In this document: positions 30,371-41,904 of the stretch, one piece after another
Position numbering within the stretch: the first letter of the stretch is position 1
Layout of the letters: each line of letters opens with the position of its first letter
Made by a program: the position numbers and the translations under genes
Source: Candidatus Bathyarchaeota archaeon
Lineage (GTDB): Archaea; Thermoproteota; Bathyarchaeia; 40CM-2-53-6; RBG-13-38-9
NCBI GenBank assembly: GCA_963807605.1
Contig: CAWECG010000003.1
Span: 32,001 to 96,000, forward strand
Direction of reading: 5' to 3'
Length of the DNA: 64,000 bases
The notes under the pieces: generated by a model
What the model was told of the DNA's origin: nothing
What the model saw: the letters and a program-made list of their open reading frames with translations, nothing else
Databases searched by the model: none

Positions 30371-32716
30371 ATGCAGATAAGAAGCTACGATCTCTTCCTT
30401 GACGTAGACTTTCAAGGCCTCAACTTCGAAGGAAAAGTCCGTATAGAATTAGAATCTGAAGGAGACGTGGTCCTAGACTCCGTAGGCCTTAAGATCCTCA
30501 GCGTGGATGGCGTCGGAGGATCCCTCAATTTTGAGCAGCAGGGCGAGAATCTTGTTATCAAGACCGGCCAATTCAGCGGCACTCTCGAAGTGAAATATGC
30601 GGGGACTGTTCCCGACAATCTTGTTGGGATCTACAGGGCCCCGTACAACAATACACACATCATAACCACTCAGTTCGAAGCCGCACATGCGAGGAGAATG
30701 TTTCCGTGCGTCGACCGCCCAGACTGCAAAGCCACATTCAAACTGGCTGTTAGAGTCAACACGGACCTAGACGTAATATCCAATATGCCTATCGAATCCC
30801 ATAGGATGGTCGGTAATAAGAAGACAGTTACATTCCAGAAAACGCCAAGAATGTCGACTTACCTTCTCTACTTAGGCATAGGTAAATTCGAGGAGGCCTT
30901 CGAGAGGTTCGGAAACATCGATGTGATAGTAGCCACGACACCGGGGAAGACGGGCAAAGGAAGATTTGCCTCAGACGTGGCCAAACAATCAATGAAGTTC
31001 TATCAGGACTATTTCGGCATCCCCTACATGCTCCCGAAGATTCACTTGATAATGGTGCCAGAGTTTGCGGCGGTCGCTATGGAAAACTGGGGGGCCATCA
31101 CTTTCAGGGAGACAGCCCTCCTTGTCGACGAGAATAGCAGCGTGATGACAAGGAAGAGAGTCGCTGAGGTCGTAGCACATGAACTCGCACACCTATGGTT
31201 CGGCGACCTCGTCACGCTAAAATGGTGGAACGACCTCTGGCTGAACGAGAGTTTCGCTACCCTAATGGCGTACAAGGTGCTGGATGCGTTATATCCGCAA
31301 TGGAAGGCGTTTAGTGACTTCCTTCTGAATGAGAACTCAGGAGCTATGGCTAGGGACTCGCTGAAGAGTACCCACCCAATAGAGGTTGATGTCACCTCTC
31401 CAAATGAGATAGCTCAGATATTCGACGACATAAGCTACGGTAAAGGAGCATCCATACTAAATATGATCGAAACCTATGTGGGAGCTGATGACTTTAGAAA
31501 GGCCGTCTACAGGTACCTTACCATACATAAATTTTCGAATGCAACTGGAAAGGATTTTTGGAGCTCCCTGGACACGATCTCTGGAAAGCAATTGACATTG
31601 ATCATGAGTGGATGGATAAGAAAACCAGGATATCCGGTAATCACCGCCACAATAATAGGAGATAGACTGAGACTCAAACAGGAAAGATTCCTCCTCTCAG
31701 GCACTTATGAGAAAGACGTATGGCCGATACCAGTCACCATGAGCGTGAATGGCGAGTCGAGAAGACTGCTCTTCGACACGGAAGAGACCTGGATTGATGT
31801 CAAAGAATACAAGTCCCTTAACTTAAACGTCGATCACTCTGGTTTCTATAGAGTTTACTATGAAGGGCTTTATGACAAGATTTGGAATAGTGAATTATCG
31901 CCGTTAGATCGATGGCAGATAATATTCGACGCTCGTGCCTTTCTCGTTGCCGGCAAAATGAGATTCAACGAGTATCTAAGCCTCATCAGGAAGTACGACG
32001 GCGAGCAGGAATACTTACTGGCTCGTGAAATATCGGATCAACTTTCATTTCTATCCCTGATCATGCCGGAAAGAGTCAGAGAGGTATCACGAGAGTTCCA
32101 CACCTCTCAGCTTGGGATTCTTGAAGGAAAGACCGACGAGACTAGCTCAATGTTACGAGGCATTATTGCTGGGAGATTAGCGATGATCGACGACAGTTAC
32201 GCTAAAGATCTCGGATCAAAGTTTCACGACTACGAGAAGATTGAACCGGACATGAAGGCCGCTGTCGTAACAGCATACGCACGGGCGTACGGAGATCTTG
32301 AAGGTCTCGTGAAAAAATACAGAGTCTGCACGTCAGACGAGGAAAGAGATAGATTGCGCGCCGCGATGGTCAGCCTCAAGGAGCCGACGTCGGTCGCCAT
32401 TTCACTGGGATTAGCCTGGATTGAAGTAAAGACGCAAGACTCCGCTTCAATGATTCTGGCAGCTGCAACAAACCCAGATGCGAGAGACGTTACCTGGGAA
32501 TGGATAAAGGTCAACATTGAAAGGCTGAGGAAAATTCATGAGGGCACCCGCACACTCTCACGGATTTTGCTCTCCGCCATCCCCATTCTCGGAATTGGCA
32601 AAGTAGAGGAAGTTGAGAGATTCTTTAAGGAGAATGAAATGCCAGAAGCCACGAAGGGGATTGAGGCGGGACTCGAGAGACTCAGGATTTATGACAGATT
32701 TGTGAAGAATGTCTGA
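30371..32716 (+). CDS. M1 aminopeptidase (tricorn-interacting factor F2/F3-like)
   Basis: AMENWG, HELAH..W.....WLNE, SYGKG. Confidence 0.95.
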   Translation: MQIRSYDLFLDVDFQGLNFEGKVRIELESEGDVVLDSVGLKILSVDGVGGSLNFEQQGENLVIKTGQFSGTLEVKYAGTVPDNLVGIYRAPYNNTHIITTQFEAAHARRMFPCVDRPDCKATFKLAVRVNTDLDVISNMPIESHRMVGNKKTVTFQKTPRMSTYLLYLGIGKFEEAFERFGNIDVIVATTPGKTGKGRFASDVAKQSMKFYQDYFGIPYMLPKIHLIMVPEFAAVAMENWGAITFRETALLVDENSSVMTRKRVAEVVAHELAHLWFGDLVTLKWWNDLWLNESFATLMAYKVLDALYPQWKAFSDFLLNENSGAMARDSLKSTHPIEVDVTSPNEIAQIFDDISYGKGASILNMIETYVGADDFRKAVYRYLTIHKFSNATGKDFWSSLDTISGKQLTLIMSGWIRKPGYPVITATIIGDRLRLKQERFLLSGTYEKDVWPIPVTMSVNGESRRLLFDTEETWIDVKEYKSLNLNVDHSGFYRVYYEGLYDKIWNSELSPLDRWQIIFDARAFLVAGKMRFNEYLSLIRKYDGEQEYLLAREISDQLSFLSLIMPERVREVSREFHTSQLGILEGKTDETSSMLRGIIAGRLAMIDDSYAKDLGSKFHDYEKIEPDMKAAVVTAYARAYGDLEGLVKKYRVCTSDEERDRLRAAMVSLKEPTSVAISLGLAWIEVKTQDSASMILAAATNPDARDVTWEWIKVNIERLRKIHEGTRTLSRILLSAIPILGIGKVEEVERFFKENEMPEATKGIEAGLERLRIYDRFVKNV

Positions 32717-32800
32717 ACCATTATAGCCTACGGTATGTTCCAACGTGTTCCAGTACTAAGCACGTCGCTTAGCCGCATCAACTATACGTGCACGTGTCGA

Positions 32801-34033
32801 TCAGAAGAATTCGAAGCCTTTGTTTCGTTGTAACGTTTTCCTACCAAGGGAAAGGTTTCTAACACCAATGATCTTGGTATTGTAGAAGAAGTGATAGTTG
32901 AACCCCGTCCTCTCTCCTCCTTTCTTCTCGGGGATCGGAACCAGCCGGGATATCAAAGGCTTATCCAGTAACAAGGCCAGCGAAGACATGTCCAGCATTA
33001 TGGAGGCCATCTCCTTCTCAGAGATATTCCCGGGCAAGGGGATCATATCGGGTCCGCACCCGCATACCGCGGAGTATAGAAGCATACTCTCCATACTAAG
33101 CAGCCCCCTATCATTGCTCTCAGCCAAAAATCTATCCTCTAAGACAGGGTACATCACACCCGTAAAGCCTACCGTGCGGATGGCCAAGCTCTCCTCCAAC
33201 TGCCTCAACATATTGGTCAAGTAGGCTGTCAGGAAGAGCGTTCCATTCGCTCCGAACCTTTCGACACCGAGCTTCTGAATCGCCCTTCCGATAGACTGAG
33301 CATTATCAGGGTAGGGGGCTAATGATAAGTCAAGACCATAGTATCTCATGCCAGTCGCAGCTTCTATCTTCCTTGCACTCTCGTCAATGCTTTCGAATTC
33401 AGATGAAAGCGCGCTCATGATCTTCTTCCTAATTTCAGAAAGATCTCTCTCTCCACGGGCATATTCCAGTATCAGGTCGATAGTCTCCATACCCAGTGAG
33501 AATCCATCCTCGCCGCGGTGCCACGAGTAAGGAAAGAATGCTCCATTCGGCTTTGCATTAGCACTCACACAAAACCTAAAGTTGTCAAAACCGTTACTGC
33601 TAATCCTTGAAATCCTCTTGACCTGCTTGGCACACTCATTAATAGCATCGAAACTCAAACATTTGCCCTGAGTCACGATAACGTTCGAGAAAGATATCTC
33701 TGAGTTTCTCATAATATGAGGAACCGTTCTGATGAACTGGAGATCCCTCCGGCTCTGACATTCCCCCACCGGTAGGCAGAACCAGTCTATTCCCTCCCTC
33801 TTGCAGAGTCTATCGATCTCCTTGACGAGGGGACCAACGCCCTTAGGCTGTAAACCGTTAACCTCAATCAGGGGCTGAGAGCAGAAGCGAGTCGTTCTGA
33901 CGCGGGGGTACTTGCTCTTAAAAGTTCTCCGCACTTCCGAGATGAGTCTGGAAGCTTCGTTGACGATCTTCCCGTTTTTCTCAAGCTCGATGTTGAAACC
34001 CGCATTTATAGATCTTATATTCATGGTGAGCAA
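32801..34033 (-). CDS. DUF711 family protein
   Basis: GAFFP, DLSLAP, GF.G.M.PVLED, CG.G.D.IP. Confidence 0.85.
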   Translation of the reverse strand: MLTMNIRSINAGFNIELEKNGKIVNEASRLISEVRRTFKSKYPRVRTTRFCSQPLIEVNGLQPKGVGPLVKEIDRLCKREGIDWFCLPVGECQSRRDLQFIRTVPHIMRNSEISFSNVIVTQGKCLSFDAINECAKQVKRISRISSNGFDNFRFCVSANAKPNGAFFPYSWHRGEDGFSLGMETIDLILEYARGERDLSEIRKKIMSALSSEFESIDESARKIEAATGMRYYGLDLSLAPYPDNAQSIGRAIQKLGVERFGANGTLFLTAYLTNMLRQLEESLAIRTVGFTGVMYPVLEDRFLAESNDRGLLSMESMLLYSAVCGCGPDMIPLPGNISEKEMASIMLDMSSLALLLDKPLISRLVPIPEKKGGERTGFNYHFFYNTKIIGVRNLSLGRKTLQRNKGFEFF

Positions 34034-34167
34034 GGTCTCCCAAGAATGCTAAAAAAGTTAGGGCCAAGCGCACGCGCCAAGCAGCGCGTGCAACCAACCT
34101 AACAGGTAATCCGATCGGGAATTCAACATTATATCCCCAAACGACTTCGAAGGGCTGAAGACCTGCG

Positions 34168-34578
34168 TCAGGCTTCTTTCAATTTCTCAGATATGGTCTT
34201 GAATTTGCCATGTTCCAGAATCTTGATCTTAACGTCAAATCTCAGTTTGAGCCCTATCATTCTCATGATCTGAAGGAGTTGGCCTTCATCGACATGCTCG
34301 GTTACCTCCCCGCTCAGCACTAAACGCGCGAGATTCGGCTCAAGTCTCTCCATGACTTGCGGATACTGTTTCCATGCTGCATCCCAGACCTCGAAGGCCC
34401 GACCGACAAATATCTTCTTAAGGACGTCTCTGGGCTGGGTCTTCTCTTTCGGTGGGGTCTCTTCCCCGGCTTTCCTCTTCTCTTCCTCGGCCTTCTTGAC
34501 CAAGAGACGCTTCTGCATCTCAAGCAATTTACGTCGCTTCCAGAGGTCAAGATCAGCGTCGTCAGACAAGGGATTCAC
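34168..34578 (-). CDS. PDCD5-like dsDNA-binding protein paralog
   Basis: D.DL...KRRKLLEMQ; fold resembles 56838-57182. Confidence 0.65.
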   Translation of the reverse strand: MNPLSDDADLDLWKRRKLLEMQKRLLVKKAEEEKRKAGEETPPKEKTQPRDVLKKIFVGRAFEVWDAAWKQYPQVMERLEPNLARLVLSGEVTEHVDEGQLLQIMRMIGLKLRFDVKIKILEHGKFKTISEKLKEA

Positions 34579-34898
34579 CGGCTGAGCGCGAATTCGCGTG
34601 AATGTCTTCTCTACTCACATATAGCGATAATGTGGTGCAAGAGTCTCTCAAAATCGGCAGTGTTACATCTGGAACGAGTGCTAGGTTTCTGGTATCAGGC
34701 AGTAGCAGTTCTTGTAGGATACTAGACGTAGAGGTTGCAGGCAGTGCACTCTCGACCCGTACCAATGGAAATTGAAGGCTTTCAGCGATCATGGAGTAAA
34801 CCTTGTCAAATGTAATGATAGAGACCTCTTTAGAGTTATTGATTATTTCAACGGTTAAGTGCTCCCTATGAGGCCGAAACGCGCGCGCGTTGATTCTC

Positions 34899-35597
34899 TC
34901 ACCTCAAAGATTCGGCAGATGCGTCGAGACCTGTCACCTGTTGATAAGCGAAAATGAACCAGGAGGTTACAGTCCATGCCTCCAGCCCTGTGGAGTAGAT
35001 CTTGGCAGCTTCATCAATAAGCCTCATCGTCTCTTCAGAGAAGTGTCCTCTCGGAAATCCTCCTATGATGACGGTCGGCCTCTCCTGCTTTGCTAGGAAC
35101 GTGGCTAGGCTTTGTATTCTTCTATCCTTTCCTTGGAGAGTCAATCCAGCGGTGTATGTTGGTGCAATCGTCTTCAACAGTTGGATTAGGTTCATCGATC
35201 GAATCTCAAGAAGCGGTTGGCCACTTGGGGGTACTCGACCGGACTCATAGAGCTGTTCAATTAATCCCTTGAATCGCTCACTGTTTCGGGGTATTCTCAC
35301 CTCAGGTGATACTGTGATGACGCGATTTTCGAGGGTGTGTACGTAGACTCTCAATCGTCCTGCTAGGTTTAGGGGGGAGCCTAGAGAAGTTAACAAGGCG
35401 ATGTGCACTATGTCCGGTCTGCCTCTTCTCTGGGCGTTCGGGATCCTCGCCATGGCTCTATGATGGTAAGATCTGTCCAAGAGAAGCTGTTCCGGTCTCT
35501 TACCTCTTCTCCTCGCGTCCCAAATTATTTGGGGATGGTGGACCAATTCTATTGGAACCAGTTCAAGCGCAGATTCCGCAAGTACAATCGTAAGCAA
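34899..35597 (-). CDS. nep1: rRNA pseudouridine methyltransferase Nep1
   Basis: LAESALELVP, RGRPDIVH, RIPR..RF.GL, GGFP.G.F. Confidence 0.93.
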   Translation of the reverse strand: MLTIVLAESALELVPIELVHHPQIIWDARRRGKRPEQLLLDRSYHHRAMARIPNAQRRGRPDIVHIALLTSLGSPLNLAGRLRVYVHTLENRVITVSPEVRIPRNSERFKGLIEQLYESGRVPPSGQPLLEIRSMNLIQLLKTIAPTYTAGLTLQGKDRRIQSLATFLAKQERPTVIIGGFPRGHFSEETMRLIDEAAKIYSTGLEAWTVTSWFIFAYQQVTGLDASAESLR

Positions 35598-36235
35598 CAG
35601 TAGCCCCTCGAAAGTCTAGCCCCGAGTAATATGGAGTAGCATTTTGGTCAAGTATTAGGCTTGTCAATTGTTGTTTCCCAGAGAACTAACTTGGATGTCG
35701 AAAAGGATTCTCACGTTTGCGCGCGTGTAACCGCTATTTTCAAGGTTCTCGATCGAGGGCGTGAATATGCGCTCGGAGGAGAGTGCGTATGAGCGCTTCT
35801 TCACTAAGGCCTTTGCTCTTGATGATTTACTAGTGGAAGCCAAGCACCTTAAGGGCGCGCTTTGTCATCGACGCTCTCATTATCTTGCGATTACTCTTCT
35901 TCACCCTGTATGCGGCACTCACATGGACGTGGAAGGCAACTATGAACGTAGAAAATACGTGGGTGCCTGCTTTTTATCGCGGAAGAAGCAGTAGCCGTCT
36001 TTGATGTTTGCTCTTCGCCTGACACATAATTCGTCTTCGAATTGACAGTTAGCGCAGGCTATTTTTTCTGACTTTATCAGAGTCTCTTCGCATCCTGAAC
36101 AATAAGATACTCAGCGTGCGGTATAGGTGTATGGGTGTCTTACAGATCGGCTGAAAGGCGCGCGGCGCATATCAGATTAACTGTATACGGTCAGCATGAG
36201 AATTAGCGAAAAATGAATAGCTTGCCAGTAAAGAT

Positions 36236-36610
36236 ATGAAGAAGAACCCCATGAGACAGAACAGTATCTATAGGGAGCTTGCCAGAGAAAGGATCGAGAA
36301 GCTCTTTGCCTTAGCTAGTGAATGCTTTGGAAGAAAGCCTCAGCTCGCCAACCGCTATGTCGACCTTGCAAGGAGTGTTGGGATGAAGTGTCGAGTCAGG
36401 ATACCGCCTCATCTGAAGATGCGTTTCTGCAAGCAATGTGGATCGTTCCTGGTCTCAGGGGTAAATTCAAGGGTCAGGATTAGACCTGATGGAAAAGGAA
36501 GAGTTGTGATTACATGTCTGAAGTGCGGGATGATAAAGCGCTATCCGATGAAGAGGGAGAAGCTAAAGAGAAGAAGAGACGTCATAGGCTCAGCCGAAGG
36601 TCCGCGGTAA
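36236..36610 (+). CDS. rnp4: RNase P protein Rpp21
   Basis: ARERI..L, CKQC, CLKC..KRYP. Confidence 0.92.
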   Translation: MKKNPMRQNSIYRELARERIEKLFALASECFGRKPQLANRYVDLARSVGMKCRVRIPPHLKMRFCKQCGSFLVSGVNSRVRIRPDGKGRVVITCLKCGMIKRYPMKREKLKRRRDVIGSAEGPR

Positions 36611-36906
36611 TCAAGCCCAAGGTCTGGATCGGTAAGACGGGGGTATCAACAGCTCTCGTTGGTCAGTTGAATAGACAACTCAAATTTGATAAGCTGGTAA
36701 AGGTGAAGGTCCAGAAGAGTATCTCAGGAACTCAAGAGATGGAAAGGATCTCGAGGGAAGTCGCCTTCGCCACCGATTCATCATTAGTTGATGTTAGGGG
36801 CAGGACCTTTACATTATGGTTAAATGATAGAAGGTCGAGGAAGGTCGATAGGCAGCCTGTGCCGGGGAAGAAAAGACGAAGAAGAATGGATCATGTGTTG
36901 AGATAA
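36514..36906 (+). CDS. YhbY/CRM RNA-binding protein (start uncertain)
   Basis: KP.VWIGK.G, LVKVK, VRGRTF; follows rnp4. Confidence 0.8.
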   Translation: MSEVRDDKALSDEEGEAKEKKRRHRLSRRSAVIKPKVWIGKTGVSTALVGQLNRQLKFDKLVKVKVQKSISGTQEMERISREVAFATDSSLVDVRGRTFTLWLNDRRSRKVDRQPVPGKKRRRRMDHVLR

Positions 36907-36936
36907 TCTCATTGAACTAGGCTTAGCTGCCACTGC

Positions 36937-37458
36937 TTAATGGGAATCATTCAATGCATTTTTTGTATTGCTGAGGAAGCGCGCGAGCGCGCTTGGTGTT
37001 TCTTTAGGGCTTGCCCTAAAGTAGTAGTTGGTTCTCTTCTTTATCTTGCCACACTTTGTCATGCGGCCCAAAACTGCTTCCAGCCATGTTTTTGAGTAGT
37101 TGGTGGCTTTCAGGAGATTAGCCATGTTTGCTCTACCGTCTGGTTGAGCGTCTATTGCATCGAAGACTATCTTACATTGTTGTTCGATGACTTTTTGACA
37201 TTCGTCGGGCGTCGGGATCACGTAGTACTCACCTTTCTTCGCGATCTTGCCAATCGTTATTCCGAATTGCAGGACGGCTTTTGGATACTGACTGGGCTTG
37301 AATCCTGCAGCTTTCATTAGTTCTTCAAATCTCAAGTGTCCCTTTGGTGTTTTGGATATAGCTTCAGTCATATCGGTGAGGATGCTTTCGAATAACTGAG
37401 CAAGAGACGTTCTCTTGATGTTTCTTGCTTTCTGTAGAGTATCCTCGAATTTTTTCAT
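36937..37458 (-). CDS. Hypothetical tandem wHTH-like protein; C-terminus crosses a CG junction
   Basis: Two helix-wing-like units; GCGCGCGAGCGCGC at 36979-36992. Confidence 0.45.
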   Translation of the reverse strand: MKKFEDTLQKARNIKRTSLAQLFESILTDMTEAISKTPKGHLRFEELMKAAGFKPSQYPKAVLQFGITIGKIAKKGEYYVIPTPDECQKVIEQQCKIVFDAIDAQPDGRANMANLLKATNYSKTWLEAVLGRMTKCGKIKKRTNYYFRASPKETPSALARFLSNTKNALNDSH

Positions 37459-37491
37459 TCTGTCAGGGTTGATTGCTTACGCGCGCGCGCG

Positions 37492-39336
37492 ATCCGACGA
37501 ACTCGTGACTACATCAAGCGCAACTACCCAGACGCTACTGTGAACGGGAAGAAGGTAATCTTCCCCGAACGACGCTTGGAAAACACGAGCTACAAGCTCG
37601 GTTCAACATACAAAGGCATGTACAAGACAATATCCCACGCTTTGACTGAAGAGCTGACCATGGCGTACTACCGCCTCCTCGAATACAAGAAGGCCGAGAA
37701 GCTCAGCATGGAGGAGCAACTGGCGCTCGGACGGATGATTGCCCTTGAAGGCATATTCAGGACTATCATGCTCAAGAGGCTTGAAAGCAGCGTCGAAGCA
37801 TTCAGGAAGAGCGTTTCGAAGCACATCGATTTTCTGCACGCATTGGAGGAACATTTGAAGCAAGGCAAGCTCCTCACAAAAGAAGCATTCAATCGGTACC
37901 TGATGAGCGTCGACGAAGAACTGGAGGAGTATATCGAGACACTCTCCGATTTCAATCCTGACGAATACAACCTTGACAAACTGTTCAACGACATCAACAA
38001 GGATCTCGCCGTTTTCACAGGAATCTTGTCCAAGGTCAAAGTCATCAGGCCGGAAGATGACGCCAAGCTGTTGGAGTTCAAAAGGAGGCTACACGAACTG
38101 GCCGCCAAGGGACAAGTAATCGTTTTCACATATTACGCTGATACGCTGGATTACATTCATGAACAAGTTTCAAAATCAGTTGATTTTGCTAATCTCAAAA
38201 TAGAGAAAATCTCCGGCGCAACCCCGCCGTCCAAACGGGAAGCTCTCGTTAATGATTTCCTCGCTAAGAAAATTGACGTTCTCATGAGCACTGATGTCCT
38301 CTCGGAAGGAATGAATCTGCAGTCTGCGCAGTTCGTCATTAATTACGACCTCCATTGGAATCCAACTCGTATGATTCAGAGAGCGGGAAGGATAGACAGA
38401 ATCGGATCGCCTTACAAGCAGATTTTCGTATACAACTTCTTTCCGGAAGACGAGCTCGAAGAACTTCTAAGGTTGGTGCAGATACTCCAAAACAAGATTA
38501 TCGATATCGATGAGTCCGTGGGCCTTGACCAGACCATCTTAGGAGAGACAATCCACCCCAAAGTCTTCGGCGTAATCAGGCGCATTTTGAAAAAAGATGC
38601 TACCATCCTCGAAGAACTGGAGACCAGCGCCTTCGGAGGCGGAGAAAAATTCTACCAGCCGCTGAAGGATTTCCAAAAACAACGGGTGATAGAGGAGCTG
38701 GATCAGATACCTTTCGGCATACACAGCGGACTTCAGAGCCAGAAATTACGTGCGATATTCTTCTATTACAAGTACGGACAAGATTCCCATTTCTGGTGCC
38801 TTGTCGACCCAGGGTCTGGAACCATCATCAGTCGGAACAAGAGCGAAATCGTTGATTATCTGGCTTGTCCGACCAATGAGCCTAGGGTCATACCCGACTT
38901 CTTCGAGGCCGTGTATGAAGCGAACAAGAAAGCTCTGGAAGACATACAGACTACTTACAAGAAAATGGAGCAGGTGCAGGGAGTAGATACGACTCTCGTG
39001 GATTACAGCAAGGAACAGAGCACGAAGTTCGTCAAGGACCTATTGAGAGAAATCGAACTTCAGCTTGAGGAATATCTTGATGAGTTTCCAGCAGAGAAGA
39101 ATCTTGAATCGAGATGGGAAGTAATAAGAACGAAGATGCTCGGCATCCCTCTTACCAAAAGGCGATTGCGTGACATCAGACGCATCTGGAGACATTATAA
39201 GAACGCGAAAGATTGGAAGAAGCTGATAGACGAACTCGATCAATTCTTGGCACAGAAGGGTCTACAACAAAGAGAGCCGATTGAGCCGTTCGACGCCGAA
39301 AGATTGAAGCTGGTAGCGATCGACTTCATATCCTGA
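37492..39336 (+). pseudogene. SNF2-type helicase, C-terminal half only
   Basis: Starts in frame IRRTRDYIKRNYP directly after (CG)6. Has STDVLSEGMNLQ and NPTRMIQRAGRIDR. No Walker A/DEAH half. Confidence 0.85.
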
Positions 39337-39349
39337 TACACATCTGGCG

Positions 39350-39838
39350 ATGAGAGTCCTCTTGAGCGAAAAAGTTGCGTCCGAAACAGTGGGAATCATT
39401 TTCCCACTTTTGCCAAAACACGCAGAACGATTCCTCAATGAGGGCAAAACTGTATTCGTGAAATTCTTCGGAAAAGAAAGGATTACTCTGAGGCTTCGGC
39501 CAGGAAGTAAACTCTTCCTATACGAGTCCCAACGCAACAAGGAAATTGTCGGTGAGGCAAGGATCATTCGACTCGAATCGGTACGAGCTTCTGATGCGGT
39601 TTCGATGTACGGTGCGAGACTCTTTCTCACGCAATTAGAATTTGAGGAATATGTGGGAAACAGAAGAGACAAGACGATGCTTGCACTTGTCCTAGGGGAT
39701 GTAAGGAGATATGCAGTTCCCCTCAGCCTCGACAAGTCTGTGACAATGGCTGGGCGCTACATGACACGAGAAATGCACCAACAGATTCTGCGTCAACCGA
39801 GAAATTCATTCACGATAAAGGCCAAATCACGAGTCTAA
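39350..39838 (+). CDS. DUF365 (PUA/ASCH-like) protein
   Basis: RF..GKTVFVK, KL..YES, GEA.I, LFLT..E..EY. Confidence 0.7.
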   Translation: MRVLLSEKVASETVGIIFPLLPKHAERFLNEGKTVFVKFFGKERITLRLRPGSKLFLYESQRNKEIVGEARIIRLESVRASDAVSMYGARLFLTQLEFEEYVGNRRDKTMLALVLGDVRRYAVPLSLDKSVTMAGRYMTREMHQQILRQPRNSFTIKAKSRV

Positions 39839-40233
39839 CTCTTCTTTCCTTTGGGTATTGTGTTTCTGTTCCGTCTCGTCGAACGTACAAGCCGAATCGT
39901 CTTTGACATGTATACGCGCGCGCGTTCTCTAGCGCTTCTGCTCGCTGGGGCGTCTACTCTTGATTGACCTTTTCCGCTAGCGTTCCTTCAGTTTGCGCTC
40001 AAGATTCTCAAGCCTTTTGGTGGCCTGCTCAAACTGTAGCAAAGTCAAGTCTACTGTCAGGATCATGATGCAGGTTTCTGCAGTGATTGTTGGCCTAAAC
40101 ACATTCATCCAAACCAGTGCTATAACTTCGAGGTTAAGGGAGGAAGTCATGCCAAAAAGACGAAGGTGGAAACCAAAGCGACTGTGGATCCTGCCGAGGT
40201 AGAAGACCCGCACATTGAGACAGAATAGATCTG

Positions 40234-41127
40234 CTAATGTGAGCGCACCCATTCCTCATATTTCCAGCGAGACTCGGCGAGGCTGGTCATCGGGGCCACG
40301 CTCCCACTGTTCAGCCCGCCTTTTTTTACGCGCTCGAAGAGTTTCATCGCCTTTTCAGGCTCAGCGTGACCGTGAATAAGCAAGGCCGGATTAGCTCTAT
40401 CAATTATGCCGCTGACAGTTTGAGCTTCAAGGTCCTTCCTGTTGCCGATATAGCTGCAGATCAATCCGGATGTAGCATTCAGACTATTAGGAACCGACAG
40501 GACCCGCATTGGATCCACACTCAGAATAAAATGGCTCCTGTCATAGACGAAGGTTTCCAAGGCTAGGATCTTGCTAAACCTGAATCGGGCAACCTCATGT
40601 GACTTTATTGGATTCCTAGCATCATAATGAGTAAAGTCTCTAATGTCAAAGTCTAAAGCATAGACGTGAAAACCACGCCGACCACTGAAGACAATCGCGA
40701 TCTTGGAATAGTAGTTTTCAATCTTCTCGCAGAGCTGAACCGTCATCTTCCGGCTGAGCTCAACACACTTACGGCAGACACCTTTGACGATTAGACAGTT
40801 ATGGAAATTCTGCCATCTCTGAATGACGTATGCGTCAATATCCACGGCATAGCTTCCACCAATTGGAACTGCATGTCGTGCCTTGTTTTTTCTGCCAACT
40901 CTCTCGGGGAAGAGCCAGTCAAGCACGGAAAAGTAGACATGGGAGGGAGCATATTTGACACAGTATTCTTTGAGTTCTCGCTGATTGATTCGGTTTTGAA
41001 ACTTGTTCAGCTTCACAAACTTGTGGTTTAAGATTTCAAGCCGGAAATGCTTCCTTGAATAGTTCCAGGGGAGTTTGCCCTCCAGAGGTGCAGCTTGATA
41101 GTAGGATTGGATCTCGTGGGGTCGCAT
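40234..41127 (-). CDS. Archaeo-eukaryotic primase (PriS-like, mobile-element type)
   Basis: P.HVYFS, VDID, FSGRRGFHV, D..R....PNSLN..SG. Confidence 0.82.
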   Translation of the reverse strand: MRPHEIQSYYQAAPLEGKLPWNYSRKHFRLEILNHKFVKLNKFQNRINQRELKEYCVKYAPSHVYFSVLDWLFPERVGRKNKARHAVPIGGSYAVDIDAYVIQRWQNFHNCLIVKGVCRKCVELSRKMTVQLCEKIENYYSKIAIVFSGRRGFHVYALDFDIRDFTHYDARNPIKSHEVARFRFSKILALETFVYDRSHFILSVDPMRVLSVPNSLNATSGLICSYIGNRKDLEAQTVSGIIDRANPALLIHGHAEPEKAMKLFERVKKGGLNSGSVAPMTSLAESRWKYEEWVRSH

Positions 41128-41400
41128 TCCAGCTCAGACCATCAGGATCCTTCATAGGATGTGAAGCTGAGAGGAGCCTGAATGTTAAGAGAGAGTGTAA
41201 TAAAATTACAGAACTGCAGATTAGGCTTTAGGCTACAGATTCTCTCTAATCCATTTCTTCATACCCTCACTACGCGCGCCAAGGTAGAAGACGACTAACT
41301 AAGAGGTTCTGTTACTTCTGTGGGACATAGTTCTGACTGTTAACTGTCTGGACATGATATTTCCAACAGTGTTAAGAGTGCAAGGAGGTGACGGTACTGG

Positions 41401-41703
41401 ATGAGAAGAAGAGATTTGGTCGAGGAACAAATAGAAGCTGAAGTTCTTGAGGCGAAAAATGTCGGTTCAAATGTGGTCATGTTCACCTTAAGTGATGAAA
41501 CACGAATCAAAGCTACTGTTACAATTGCAACCGTACTCCGCTCGAAAGAACTTAATCCTGATGGAAGTCACAAGTATCATGCTAATGTGAATGTGAATTT
41601 GGAGTTTGTACAACCTGCTGGCAAGATTGTCAAAGTACCTCGCTCTATCTTTGGCCCACCTCAGCCTTCAGTGAAACCAAGTGATACTAGACTAGTGACA
41701 TGA
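41401..41703 (+). CDS. Hypothetical protein
   Basis: GGAGGTGA ribosome-binding site upstream; 100 aa. Confidence 0.6.
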   Translation: MRRRDLVEEQIEAEVLEAKNVGSNVVMFTLSDETRIKATVTIATVLRSKELNPDGSHKYHANVNVNLEFVQPAGKIVKVPRSIFGPPQPSVKPSDTRLVT

Positions 41704-41904
41704 CGAATCAGAGTTTTTGAGTGCTAAACAACTACAGCTTTCTTCTTAGACTTTTCTGCTTTATACTCCCTCGCCCACTACGCGCGCGTAAAAGAGCCAC
41801 TAGGCTTGATAGTACTAAGAATAATGGTACTTGGGAGAGCTTTGATGGCTAATGCTGTAGATCAGATTGTTGTTTCGAATACTGCAGATGTATACTCTGG
41901 ATAG

